A program made the translations under genes and the position numbers. From the NCBI GenBank assembly GCA_965235115.1, contig OZ249438.1, forward strand, positions 19,840,001 through 19,904,000: a DNA stretch of 64,000 bases, given 5' to 3'. Source of the DNA: Laetmonice hystrix. Its lineage: Eukaryota. The notes beneath the pieces were generated by a model, which did not search any database, was not told where the DNA came from, and saw nothing but the letters and a program-made list of their open reading frames with translations. Shown piece after piece: positions 1 to 13,774 of this stretch (position 1 is its first letter; each line of letters starts with the position of its first letter).

Positions 1-614
1 GGCCCTATGAACCTAATGAAATTTATTTTCGATCACTTAAAACATTTCATCTCGATGATTCAATATAGCATCATATATTTAAATATAATGGTTGTTTTTT
101 CAAGTCAGGGTAAATAAATTAGAATATTATAGAAGCAGTTTGGGCCGGAGTTGGGGTGGGTGGTAGGTGGGGGAGTGAGTGTCATACACTATGCATGTAT
201 AAGATTATATATTATTATATCAGTGTGGGATTTAGTGGTTGACCTATATAGAGAGTGTACTTTGTGACATCACTGAACCTATCGTAGACATAAGGTAAAC
301 TAGACAGACCAGTTCAGGGAACTGTACACTTCATGTACACTTAAAACAGACGCAGTCAGCCTTCCTTGTCAATGTGTATATAAATAATCCTATTCGTCAT
401 ATCGACTGTTGGTACTGACTTTCATGTACATATATTATGTAAAATATAAATCTTGTTTTCCTACCAAGTATTCGCTAACATGAGTGGATATATCACACAA
501 TATATCCTCAAGTTAAGATTATAATGTCGATCGCACAGGATGGCATATTTAGCTCCTATAATATACATATACATGTATACATGTATATTATGTCATTATA
601 TTCAGAAACGTTCC

Positions 615-629
615 CCACCAGAGGGTGCT
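615..629 (+). promoter_or_regulatory. CTCF-like motif CCACCAGAGGGTGCT
   Basis: Close match by eye to the CTCF core CCACCAG(A/G)GGGCGC. Confidence 0.3.
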
Positions 630-2029
630 CTTATCAAGTCATTGACGCTTGTATAAAATAGTTTGATATCATGTTCGCAAAATAACAGATGCCATTCGAC
701 TTGACCCTACTAAAACTCTCTATATAAATTATGTGCTAAGTATAGGACGCTGGACAGAACCGTTATACGCGTGTACACTCAGTTCTCAGCCAGACCTGAC
801 GTATTATAAGATTATGGTGTAAGTAGTATATGATTTGGGGGTGTCTCCCTCACGCTCTGAGGCATGGACAACCCAAACATTTAAATATCAACTTGGTTCA
901 TTTAAAGATAAGACGTAGAACTATGACACATACTATGAAGTTAATTTTACAAATGTATAAATCATGCAGGATCATGTTCAGTAAATGCATAGCCATCTGT
1001 ATTGTGGTGGATATCATTAACGTTAAATGTATAATATCAATTAAATCTACGGATATATAGAGAATAATTTTAGCATGACATAGTAGCTTGTATTCATCTT
1101 GACCAGAGTTGTTATGATAAACGGTGATAGATCTTTGGGATCTAGATACACAGTGCTAAGATAACGATGACAATAACAGACACTGCGTGGCTGGTGTCGA
1201 GAGTATATTATCGCTAAAATACATTCACCTTGAAGGGATAAAAGTTATAATAATTTTTGACGGTCCATATCTGAACGATCCAGCTACTTATCACTGTGTA
1301 TACATATGAAGGCGATGGCATGAAAATATATCAGCCATGTAACTACTATAGGATCTCTCGCTATCAGCTAGCGTAAGCTTGCTTTACTGACAATATTTAT
1401 ACAAAGCGCTCATGTCAACCCAGCATTATCATCAATGAACTATGCTGTTTATATTTATCTATCGTAATAATAAATAAAACTTTGTACTCCATGAGAGGAG
1501 CAGAGTTGGTGTAGCCATTTGCTGGCCAGCGTGGTGTAACCGCCCGGCCACTTAGAGCACTATCGATCGGTCAAACCAAGACGACACTTGTAGGCAAACG
1601 TAGCGAGGAGACGCACCGTCATTTTACGACTGTGTCTATAGACACGACAGATATCAGCAAATGTTTGGAGGCTTATGGTTTGAGGAAAGGTAAATTCTCT
1701 CTCCATGTTCTGAACGGTGCGCGGAGCAATTGCCACACAGTGCCTCGGTCTGTGGGTGCGCCGGGACGGCAGGAGCTGGATGCTGGCGGCTGGGATCCAG
1801 TATGATAGCTGCATATCGCACGCCGGGACTTATACACCAACACGGGCGGAATGTTGGCCGGTCAAGCTCATCTCTCTACTCCGTGTGTGTGTACATGGGT
1901 GTCCTTAACGTGGCTTCGTGCACGCAGAGAGCAGCGCCAGGCTTTTCGACGTCTTTGTAACCGTGCTTTCCCGCCTTACATATCGTCTGCTTCAATTGGA
2001 TTAATATCGACGGAGGCGGGCGTGGTACG

Positions 2030-2120
2030 GCACGATCGGGACAGTGTGCCGGGCGGTCGGCGGCCGGGGGCCGGGGGTCGGTGGCCGGGGGCCGGGCCGG
2101 GGGCCGGGTCGGGTTCGTGG
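2030..2120. repeat. GC-rich degenerate (GGCCGGG)n tract with G4 potential
   Basis: Repeated ggccggggg/gggccggg motifs in otherwise AT-rich sequence. Confidence 0.6.
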
Positions 2121-3911
2121 TGATTCTATCAGGGACGACGGAGGCCTCACGTACCGGGCTCGGCAGCCAATGTGGATTGGGTTGTCGACGGGATCCAGTA
2201 TGTAGGCCAGTGGTGAGGAGAGACTCCCACGAATCAATGTGGTCCAAGTCTAAATAGTGACCATCTGTTCCTTGTATAGTGTATATTACAACCTGTGTGG
2301 GCCTCAGTGTGGGCTCAGGGCCCATGCAGCAATGTATACAGTCCTAGCTTTGGAGAAGATATTATGGTGAGTAATATTTGACAATGTTACTGCTGAGCTT
2401 ATACAGTGACAAAACGAGTGGGGATTATTAGCACCACCAGCTAGCACCACCTTGATTTTATAGTTTCAATATATAGGACCCCTATAATATAGCACAACCC
2501 GGACCTGTCCCGGTACATGGAAAAGGTCAACTCCATTATTAATTTCCTAAAGGCGTGATCTGGTCTTATTAAATGTTTCGAGACTCTCATAATAATTTAG
2601 AAGCCTGTACCATTGGGAGAAACATAAGTACTAAGATTACAATACAGTTTGAGAGTGCAGATAGCTTGGGAGCTACACAACATTGTACTGCGCGCGTCCA
2701 TGACGAGGTGTTATATAAAACATGAGCCTGGACCAGCGTTCGCCGCCACCTTTCATGTCTCCATTTCGTGGCTGTAATTGCAGACATGGCGGTAATGACA
2801 AAACCGTTAAAAGGTGCGTCTACACAACTGATAGATGGGATAACTCGGGGTCAAGAATGACATCTCTATCTTTTGTGAGGCGGGCGTTCTGACACCTGTT
2901 ATCGATGGCGTGCCTAATCAATCAGGCCCCTATCTGGCCCTATCGGCCCGGCCGTGCCACGGCGGTCAAGGTCCGCGCCTTGTTTGGCGCCAATCGAAGC
3001 CACGCGCGTCTTTATCAGAAGGCAAAGTTCGTCTGCTGCATGAGTCCCGGCGGCCTCCCCCAACTTGTAAATACGACAGTAAACGCTCTGACTGGGCGCT
3101 AAGGAGCGTTTTCACTGGCTCTTATCAATCTCCCAGTAATTTGTCAAACTCTTTGAAAAGGATTTTAAACCGAATGTTTCGACTCCATGCCAAACACGTT
3201 TAACCACACCAGGATATTCCAAAATGCGGCTATTATACACTTACATATATACTGCTACCATGAAACCTTTATCATCACATAATTATGAAGGTAACTTTCC
3301 ACTGAAATTAATCGAAAACATTGACTATATTATGTTTTACGGTTTTAATGGCTAGCGCTGTAACCTATACTTATATTGATGGGAATCTCTGTAGCTGCTG
3401 GGAGATTGAAATATGTGCAGGTCAAGATGATGGTGACAACTTCCTGTCGGGCTTGAGATGAAAGCGGTTGCTATCACAGTCCAACCTCACCAGGTCGTCG
3501 ACCCGACCTGCTGGCTTCAACGGGCGCACACAAAGCAAACTTTAGCGTATACACATTCATAGAACGCACGCTTTGTTATGAATGTCTCAGATAACGGTAT
3601 AGATAACACAATAACTGATCCAACTCATGGCGGGATCTACAATCAACTTTCGCCATTTTAGTTCAGGTCTCAAATCAAAATGACAAAAGTCATGTCCAAT
3701 GGTTGTGCTCTCGGCTTTACATAATACAAATAGAGGGGGGGGGGGGGGCAGACTAAACCTGCATGTTCAACCTTCGATATTATAGCATTAGAAATGTATC
3801 GTATTTATAGGTTATATGCTATTCTTTTATGTATACACAATGTATACGTTCCGATATCGCAGACTAGGCCTATATAGAGTAGACATAACATGAACATGTC
3901 AGTAGCGGGGT

Positions 3912-5815
3912 GTCAGAGACTGAGTACGACCTCCGTCTCTGTCAGTGCCGGGGGGCGAGAGCCTGTGGTCGGTCAGAGACTGAGTACGACCTCCGTCTCT
4001 GTCAGTGCATGCCGGGGGCCGAGAGCCTGTGGTCGGTCAGAGACTGAGTACGGCCCCGTCTCTGTCAGTGCCGGGGGCCGAGAGCCTGTGGTCGGTCAGA
4101 GACTGAGTACGGCCCCGTCTCTGTCAGTGCCGGGGGCCGAGAGCCTGTGGTCGGTCAGAGACTGAGTACGACCTCCGTCTCTGTCAGTGCCGGGGGCCGA
4201 GAGCCTGTGGTCGGTCAGAGACTGAGTACGACCTCCGTCTCTGTCAGTGCATGCCGGGGGCCGAGAGCCTGTGGTCGGTCAGAGACTGCATCAGTACGAC
4301 CTCCGTCTCTGTCAGTACCGGGGGCCCAGAGCCTGTGGTCGGTCAGAGACTGAGTACGGCCCCGTCTCTGTCAGTGCCGTGGGCCCAGAGCCTGTGGTCG
4401 GTCAGAGACTGAGTACGATCTCCGTCTCTGTCAGTGCCGGGGGCCGAGAGCCTGTGGTCGGTCAGAGACTGAGTACGGCCCCGTCTCTGTCAGTGCCGTG
4501 GGCCCAGAGCCTGTGGTCGGTCAGAGACTGAGTACGGCCCCCGTCTCTGTCAGTGCCGGGGGTCCAGAGCCTGTGGTCGGTCAGAGACTGAGTACGGCCC
4601 CGTCTCTGTCAGTGCCGGGGGCCCAGAGCCTGTGGTCGGTCAGAGACTGAGTACGGCCCCCGTCTCTGTCAGTGCCGGGGGCCGAGAGCCTGTGGTCGGT
4701 CAGAGACTGAGTACGACCTCCGTCTCTGTCAGTGCATGCCGGGGGCCGAGAGCCTGTGGTCGGTCAGAGACTGAGTACGACCTCCGTCTCTGTCAGTGCC
4801 GGGGGCCGAGAGCCTGTGGTCGGTCAGAGACTGAGTACGACCCCGTCTCTGTCAGTGCATGCCGGGGGCCGAGAGCCTGTGGTCGGTCAGAGACTGAGTA
4901 CGGCCCCCGTCTCTGTCAGTGCATGCCGGGGGCCGAGAGCCTGTGCATGGTCGGTCAGAGACTGAGTACGACCCCCGTCTCTGTCAGTGCATGCCGGGGG
5001 CCGAGAGCCTGTGGTCGGTCAGAGACTGAGTACGACCCCCGTCTCTGTCAGTGCCGGGGGCCGAGAGCCTGTGGTCGGTCAGAGACTGACTACGACCTCC
5101 GTCTCTGTCAGTGCCGGGGGCCCAGAGCCGGTGGTCGGTCAGGGACTGAGTACGACCTCCGTCTCTGTCAGTGCATGCCGGGGGCCGAGAGCCTGTGGTC
5201 GGTCAGAGACTGAGTACGACCTCCATCTCTGTCAGTGCCGGGGGCCCAGAGCCGGTGGTCGGTCAGAGACTGAGTACGGCCCCGTCTCTGTCAGTGCCAG
5301 GGGCTTAGGGCCTGTGGTCGGTCAGAGACTGAGTACGACCGTTGTCTCTGTCAGTGCCGGGGGCCGAGAGCCTGTGGTCGGTCAGAGACTGAGTACGGCC
5401 CCCGTCTCTGTCAGTGCCGGGGGCCGAGAGCCTGTGGTCGGTCAGAGACTGAGTACGACCTCCGTCTCTGCCAGTGCCGGGGGCCGAGAGCCTGTGGTCG
5501 GTCAGAGACTGAGTACGGCCCCCGTCTCTGTCAGTGCCGGGGGCCCAGAGCCTGTGGTCGGTCAGAGACTGAGTACGACCTCCGTCTCTGTCAGTGCCGG
5601 GGGCCCAGAGGCTGTGGTCGGTCAGAGACTGAGTACGACCTCCGTCTCTGTCAGTGCCGGGGGCCCAGAGGCTGTGGTCGGTCAGAGACTGAGTACGACC
5701 TCCGTCTCTGTCAGTGCCGGGGGCCTAGAGACGGTGGTCGGTCAGAGACTGAGTACGGCCCCCGTCTCTGTCAGTGCCGGGGGCCCACAGCCGGTGGTCG
5801 GTCAAAGCCCCCGTC
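3912..5815. repeat. Tandem minisatellite, ~60-bp unit, ~31 copies
   Basis: Unit CAGAGACTGAGTACGACCTCCGTCTCTGTCAGTGCCGGGGGCCGAGAGCCTGTGGTCGGT, with 59-64 bp variants and an internal inverted repeat CAGAGAC/GTCTCTG. Confidence 0.98.
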
Positions 5816-6989
5816 TCGTCAGTCCACGGTCTCCACTAGCAGCCCGTTTCTGGATAAACCGCGACTCTCATTACCTAGAAATCACTACAAATAAACAAAT
5901 ATATCACGGGCCTCCGTCTATATTACTGCATCTATGGCAATATTTTCCCACAATAGTTTGGACTATAATGATAATATTTGTTCTGCGGAATTTGTTCAGC
6001 CAATATTTTCTCAGAGCAACGTGTGTAAGTGTACAGTAGTGGTAAAACAAAGGTCGAGCATTGCATTATGATTTGTATGCTCATTCCCCGTAAGCGATCA
6101 CTGAACATACAGACACTAGTGTCTGCCTAAATACAACGGTGCTCGAATATATACAACCGACCGAGAGGCCACTAGAGCCTAGCGTGTCTAAAAGAAGCCT
6201 ACATAGGAGGAGATGGATATAGACTTGGCACACGGATGAATGGGAATTAAGGTATGGAACTGGTATCCAAATAAAGATAATATAATTATTATACCAATGG
6301 AGTAGTGAATACTTTGAGTATAACATGCTCGCGTAAAATGAAATTACGTTTCGGATAATAATTATTAGGAAAAAAAATTAAAAAACAAGAAGAAACTTAT
6401 TCCCTGCTGCATGTTAATATATATAGGCCTAATAGGGCCACAGTAAATATTTATTACAAAAACAAGTATACATTTGGTGTAATTGTAGTTCTGAAATTAT
6501 TACGTCCAACAGGACAAAATCTTGATCGATGTTTGCTTTCGAATCTATATACCTCAAAGTTTTCTGTAAATGAGGTGCATGTCAGGCATTTGGGATATTT
6601 CTAAAATGTAATAATTAATATAGGATTGTCTTATTCGTTTGAAAATTACATGATTGTTAATCTACAAGCAAGTTTGGGCGAGTTGATTGCTTGTTTAGGG
6701 GGGTGAGGATATAGGGAGGACGAGATATATAGTTGTTTTCCCTTGAACTCCGCCTACATGCAGATCCAGCTGTCCTACATAGGCACAGATGCTATTATAG
6801 AAAATTAGGCAGAAAATGACGGCGCGACCTGATGGGCCTTTGTACGGTATTCCTGTGATATATAGGCCTGGCGCTGAACTTATTTGTAACACTCATATTG
6901 CACGCCACGCCGCTTATCATCGAGTAGGATCGGGGCCACGATTGCAACCTGTCATCGTGATAAAAGCCAATAACGCCAACGATCATTAA

Positions 6990-7330
6990 CGATGATCAGT
7001 GGTCCCGTCATTACAGCGGCCGACCGACCGACCAGGGGGGGGGGTAGGGTGGGCACGAGTGGCCGAGCTGTCTGGAGACAGCGGCAGGCAGGCGGCGGGC
7101 GGCCATGACGGCCGGCTGACGGCAGCCCACCGGCCCACCGACCGGCCCACCGACCCACCGACCGGCCGGGCTGCCGGGCAGGCAGCGGTCCCGTCCGTTC
7201 TGACCGATCTCCCACTCCCACCCACGGCACCGACCCGCACCCTTGCCGCCCCGTTCTGCCCGCCGCGTCAGGCCCGCGTCAGGCCCGCGTCACCGCAAGC
7301 CCCGCCTACATGTGGGTCAAGCATTGGTCC
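6990..7330. other. CpG-rich low-complexity island (ACCG/GGCC simple repeats)
   Basis: Very GC-rich, with ccgaccgaccgacc and accggcccaccgaccggcccaccgacc motifs. Confidence 0.6.
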
Positions 7331-7624
7331 GTGCGCCATGATGGCGATAGAACCACTTTATGGGCCCGATTTAACGGTCACAACCAACCGGGTTTGATGG
7401 AATTAACGCCAGCTTCCCCCTGGTCCCAGCTCTTGTCCAGGCTATGTTTGCTCAGACGTCACTGAGGACAGATTTGTCCGTACAATGAGTGATTATTTGT
7501 ACCAAATGCCCTGTTTATTTCGTTCAGCAGTGCCAACCATAGGTTATATAATTTATAGATGGTTAGCAACAGAGAGATCGCTATATTTCTCTGATATTTT
7601 GTGGAAGCCCTATGTTGAAGTTTA

Positions 7625-7703
7625 TAATATTTATTAGGCCTGTGTAATATTTATTAGGCCTGTGTAATATTTATTAGACCTGTGTAATATTTATTAGGCC
7701 TGT
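7625..7703. repeat. 20-bp tandem repeat, 4 copies
   Basis: (TAATATTTATTAGGCCTGTG)x4 with one substitution and a truncated last copy. Confidence 0.95.
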
Positions 7704-8498
7704 ATTCCTCTTCATGTGACATATTCTTCCAAAGTTACAATCACTGAGGTTTTGATTATTTTGCCTATAACCCTCCGTGTAAAGATAACTGAGCAAGTGA
7801 TTTGTAGGGATTCACAAACCTCCGGTTTTCACATCCCGTTTCCAATGTACGTCTTTCGTTCTTTGGAATAAACCTTTGTAGGTCTAGGCCCCTATATAGG
7901 ACGACTGAACCATGTCTCCACACGGTTCCTATTTCGAACAATAGTTCTGGAAAGGATTATGCATGTCTCTTTCTTTTTCAATTTATAACAGTTTATCGGT
8001 AATATTTTATAGTTTTATATATAAGACAACTTTAATATCTAGTTCCTATGGAAACTGAAGATTTATATTCGTATCGAACAGGCTATACCGACAGAAAGTA
8101 TTTGACGACGAACCCATGTATATGTGTCCAATTATTGATACATGTATACGTTGTGCAGGCATGAACACACATTATAGATCCTCTATAGACGACACACAAC
8201 ACCCAGCTCATCGACCTCCAATCGAGTGGTCGCAGTACTCCGATGTTTGTCTTAGCGTAACAAAAGACAACAGGATCAGTTTGATGTCGAGTGAGAAAAC
8301 GTTCACAACACGTGGGTCAGAATTTGGATGATAAGGGCTTGTATATATTGACCTATAGAGATACCGTTCTGATCCCACAATGTATACGAAACATACGTAC
8401 ATTTATATACTATTTATATATACGCTGCTATAATTATAACTGTAACTCATGCAACATGACCGAGTGCCATCCACGAGTGTGGGTATAGGCTATAATAT

Positions 8499-8625
8499 CA
8501 GTTTCTATTATTCCGTCGGGTGTTTCCAATGTTAGAGAATGGCACACAAACTTGGAAAGGCTACAGTTTCCATTATTCGGTCGGGTGTTTCCAACGAGAG
8601 AGATTGGCACACAAACTTGGAAAGG
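8499..8625. repeat. ~65-bp direct duplication (2 copies)
   Basis: cagtttc(t/c)attattc(c/g)gtcgggtgtttccaa...ggcacacaaacttggaaagg occurs twice in tandem. Confidence 0.85.
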
Positions 8626-9857
8626 TCTGCTCATGTGAAAACAAAGAAGTTTTGAGTCAAGATATGGGAATTCCCGCCAAGCATGTGTTATCAATATGTG
8701 CCAAATGTAGACCTTATCACCTGAGTTCAAGGTCTTGAGATTATCGTGATGGTCAGATTGAAAATATAGAACTGGGTTTGAACCTGAAGTTGTAGGTTTA
8801 GAGTACAGAGCAATGGTTACAATGAAGGGGTAACAATCCTTAATTGGCTATATATTTTTTATTTATAAATAGAAATATAGCCAATTAAGAATCAATCAAG
8901 GATAATGCACATTTCACTCTAGACCTGTATATAACATGCACACAGAGACTCTATATTTCTATATCGAGTTCTAGGAGTCAATGATTAATCGTTTTATTAA
9001 GTTAACGGCGGTCAGTTTATCAGTCAGTATAAATTATGCAGACATCGGAAGTGTTAGAATAGATTGCATCTTGTCCGCGAGACTGGATTTGTTGCTCTGT
9101 TAACAACTGTTGTGTATACACGTATGATTTAAAGAAACGATTCATGAAAATAAAATTTTGTGTTATATAGGTTCTACCATGATGCTGCACTCCATACCTT
9201 CTGTATAACAAACTTTATCAGTGCATTGCAGATTGTTATAACGGATTAAAACAAGAAATAAAAGTTACTGGTATGCATTCTGGAGTTTTGTTATGATTCC
9301 TTGCTGACGTAGGCCTATATCCCTCCGTGTAATAATAGGATTATAATTGTGTTTTCTTATAATGTATGTGTTAGTATTAGATATATGAAAAAGTTACCCT
9401 CTGTACTTAGTCTTGTACAAAGCCGTATAGCCTACCACTATAAGTCTTGATGTGCATTCAGTAACTTAGAAACGTTTATTGGTATAGGCCTATACCAACT
9501 TCTCTTATAGCTGTCACTTATCCTACATTATAATAACTAACTAGATACTGGGAATGACTTTTTTCTGTACTGTCCAATGTAAAGGGTTGGGGTGTGGGCT
9601 GGGAGTTGGCAGGTCTGCCTGGGTGTGGGTGTCGGAACCATTTCCTCCGGGATATCTGGACGTGGAGTCGGCTCAGCGGTCGGTATGCGGCGGACGGGCC
9701 CGCATCCTGGCCACCACAGTCAGCAGGTATATAGCACCACCCGCTGTCCGGGCTGGGGGTCGCCGCCAACATCAGCCCCTCATTTCCCCTCCAAGTATAG
9801 GCTTTCCCGCTTCTTATAGCATTCCTTCCGCGGTCAGTCTGCCTGTATATGTCTACT

Positions 9858-9950
9858 AGGGCCCAGTTAGTAAAACTTAAGATCTTGCTTAAGATTAACG
9901 CTTCTGATTGGCTGGTCTAAGACTGGCCTTAAGCTCATCTTCTTCGCTTA
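9858..9950. mobile_element. Truncated copy of the MITE at 36857-37054
   Basis: Shares agggcccagtt...taagatcttgcttaag...ttaacg(c/t)ttctgattggctggt with the full copy. Confidence 0.7.
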
Positions 9951-12900
9951 AAAAGTATGTGTTCGGACAGATCACTTCAAACCCAAATTCTGAATCTTAC
10001 AGTAAGGATATATAATGATACAATTAACTTAGTATTTACCGAGGGCGTATGAAGTATGTTTCTACCACCAGCCGTACCGATTGCCCTAATGGAAATATCG
10101 ACAGCCATTAATAACCAAACCATCACGCCATCACCGTCTGTCTACCGTCGTGTTGTAAAGATTACCTAAACCCTGTTAACCCGATCCCACACAGCATAGA
10201 CACACGATAATGGTAGATTCCACTTTGTAATATGTTTCACCACTCTGTTCATCCTGTGTGCATCCTACACGAGTTGGCATGTATGGCCAGGACTAAAAAC
10301 CACCGAGTACGGCCGCCTTTAGCGGTACAAACAGCGGCCGCATACAGACCTAGCGGAGAACACCGCCACCCCACTCATCTCCACACCGTCTTTGATCTTC
10401 TCTCATTTGATCCCCGAAAAAAGGACGTTCTGAGGGAGATTATCGCTTCTTGATCATACCTAACTGTTCTCTGTGAGAGCTAACACGACGGGCAGGCTGG
10501 TATAGGTGTGTCCCGTCTGGCGTACTAACGTGATCACTATGATGAATACGGCCGCCTGCCGCCTGCCGCTTGCCGCTTGCCGCCCACAAACTCCTCTCCT
10601 CCTCCCCACCCTCCCTCCCGCGCGCGCCCTTTGTGCCGCCAACCGTTGATTCAAAAGATTTTGCATACACCCATCATCTCGCCAAAACTGTTATTGCAGT
10701 CGCTTTTCCCTTTTCGATTTGGTTGAGCTGATATTTCTTCTATTCACTTTGTGTGCATTGTAAGCACATAAATTGCACACTTTTCTCTTCGCTGTTTGCT
10801 CGATCTTGGGGTGATTTCGCCAAGCGCTCGCGTCCATATTTCGAGGAAATGTCTGCAGCACAATTCGGCCATTAACTCGTTTTATGTCGATTTCGCCATG
10901 GCCGGCGGCAGCAGCAGACCGGGCCGCGTTGCTGCCTGCCAAATGAAGTTTATTGCCGTCCATATCGTGCAGTCGCCGTGCGCTGTAAACGCGTCCGTCC
11001 ACCGTAAAAGCACATTTGTGCTATGGAAATATTACCCCTTAGATGGTTCCATTTACATCATTTTATGGAAATCTAGCGTTCGTGGCAGGCTTTATTCATC
11101 CCGTGATTGGGTCGAGCACATTCCTAGATGAGAAGACGCAGAGTTCCGAGTAACTGCACTAACCAACCTTCAGAGAAGAACACGCCGGGGCATATTTTAC
11201 AAAAATAGCTGATCAGTCCTGGTTAATAACCTTTTAACAAGTATAACCGTAAAACACTGTCGTTCTCAGGCTGAGAATAAAGTTTGCCAATCTTCAGACT
11301 ATAAGGGTGGGAACACCCCCACCCCTGGTGTCTCAACGTTATAGGAGGGGGTGGAGGCGATGGTCGAGGGGTAAACTGGTATTTGTGATATAAACGCACT
11401 CGTATTTGTGATTTTGTGATTCCAATACATTAGGCCTATAATTCTGCGGTCATGCCAGGGGAACTATCGATCTCATCGATAACACAACACATTTTTATTT
11501 TGTTTTCAAATCAGGTATAAACTACAGAATGTGAGCCTCTCCCGAATATTATATTCAGAGTGCATGATTGACATCAATTTCATTTACGTGAAATCGGTGT
11601 GTATAATTAAGAATGCATGGCAAATTCATACAGAAAAATGATCAGTTGTAACGGAAAGACAAACTTATACACATTTCTCGCGTAATATACACGCATTTTA
11701 TATTCCATTTGAATTGCATGTGGACTCAGAAAGGGACAAGCACATCAATTTTATTGATGACCTCGCTTGATTTTAGCGTACAAACGCACCCTATAAATCA
11801 ATAACAACATTCGATATGTCGGATCTATTTCATGAATTAAAGTAAATTTCAAAGAAGCCGGCAACATCACCTGAAGCATGCAGAGTTTAACAGGAAAAGT
11901 TATCCACGGCGTCCGTTTATTCACGTCACCTCCTGGAGTCAACGCCCACTTTACATTCCATGCATCCACCAAACGCAAGCGCTTACAACGACGCGAGAGG
12001 GGCATCAAATGACATCATACTCTAATTTTGTTGACTCCCGCAAGCTGTTCGATTCTAATACGTACATGGGGCAAATTTTAACGGGGTTGATCGAGGGAAA
12101 AGCTGTGTGAGATGCATGTTGGTCACGTCGTTGGCCCGGGCGACACGGGATTAAATAGAGGCGGGCTTTAGGAGGCGGAGAATGAAGGCGTCTTTGTTCC
12201 GATTGGCGGAGTTACTCAGGGTGCGGTTCTGGTCCCATCTCTACAGACCGGGCAAAGGAAGCGCCCAGTCACCACGAACATGCCGACCTGCTATGCCACG
12301 TCAAGCCCTTCACTAGAACCAATATTTGAAAAGTGTGAGGTCCATACCAATGAGCTTTGCCATGGTCGACCATATGACCGAAAATACCAGCATTAATTTC
12401 TTATTTGCCTTCGTGCTGATCGCCAAACGGAGGTCATCCATATCAGCGCCAGAACAAGACCATCGACAGGCAATCGGGCATGTTTTCATATTAAAATTTC
12501 TTTATAGAAAACCGATATTTCGTCGGGGGAAAGAGTTGGTACAATATATGGCGAGAACAACTTATGCAGTTGTTGGTATTTTGGTCGTGTTCAGAACCAG
12601 AATACGTCTATAACTTTGTTAAATGAGAAGGGCTGTTGTTTCCGCGGGTCCCATCAGGGGGTGACGATGATGGGGAAGTGAAGGGCTCTATACTATTGCG
12701 CCAAGTCGCACAGACACGGCGGGATATATCAAAACCTTTGATTACCTATGCAGTGGCATGCGGTATAGAGGGATGGCCAATGAGAGAAATGGTACTGGGA
12801 GGATTCAAACAGCTGTGACACACACGATTGTGCTGTCCGACCCTCAACCACCTCGCCAACCCAGCCTTCATCCCATTCATCGCCTCTTATCAAAAGCAAT

Positions 12901-13000
12901 TGTTCTACGGACCATTTTTACCTTGCATACGACCCCATGGGGTCCGGGGACCCCGTCGCAGGCATCTATGTTCAATGCTCGAAGACCCTAATGTCACTGG

Positions 13001-13774
13001 TACAAGCCATCTGACAATCTGACCCATTTGCAAAATTAATGGGCCTGATCCAATAATGAATTTCCAGATGGGTCGCCCATTTGCAAATGGGCAACCCATC
13101 TGACAATTCATTACTGGGTCAGACCCATTGGCAAATGGCTAATAAGTCAACCCATCTGTGAATCTGACCCATCTATTGAGCTTCTTGAAATGGGTGATTG
13201 AAACATTAATGTTTGGGGTTAGGGATAGAAGACGTGACTATATTTATGTTATTTTATTTATGTGTTGAATGTTCAAAGGCAGGCACATGGGAGCGATTGT
13301 GGCATGCTTGCAGTAGCTTTGTAAAGACCCTATATTTACTCCGACAAGAGCCCTGTGAACAGTTACATTTATCCTACAGGCAACACCATAGCAAAACACC
13401 CGCCCAACGGCTCTTTGCCACCTTACCTATCGCCGCGTATTCTCAAAAGTTTCTAATAATTCAACTACAAAGCATTATGTGGAACTGGACATTAGATTAT
13501 TAGACAATAATTTTATTGACTTCATTCACCGTTTTAAATTTGAAAAAATAAAGGCAATAGGGAATGAATAAACTTTCCAACGTGCAAATAATGTGTCTCC
13601 TGTACATGTCGAGTTATTCATTATTGGGTCAGACCCATTTGCAAATGGGAAACTACTTTGCCGCATTTTGGCACTGACAGATGGGTCGCCCATTTACAAA
13701 TGGGCGACCCATCTGTAAATTCGTTATTGGGTCAGACCCATTTGCGAATGAATCAGATTGCTAGATGGCGTGTA
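13001..13774. mobile_element. Non-autonomous DNA transposon (MITE/foldback) with ~115-bp imperfect TIRs and a possible TA target duplication
   Basis: The left end tacaagccatctgacaatctgacccatttgcaaa...cagatgggtcgcccatttgcaaatgggcaacccatctg mirrors the right end cagatgggtcgcccatttacaaatgggcgacccatctg...aatcagattgctagatggcgtgta. The interior is AT-rich and noncoding. Confidence 0.75.

Noticed and set aside
3890-6039. Multiple ORFs up to 350 aa
   Set aside because: They are stop-free translations of the 60-bp minisatellite, with no splice or homology support.
11949-11960. 12-nt identity to the miR-1 5' end (minus strand TGGAATGTAAAG)
   Set aside because: The match stops at nt 12 and there is no precursor hairpin, so it is not a miR-1 gene.
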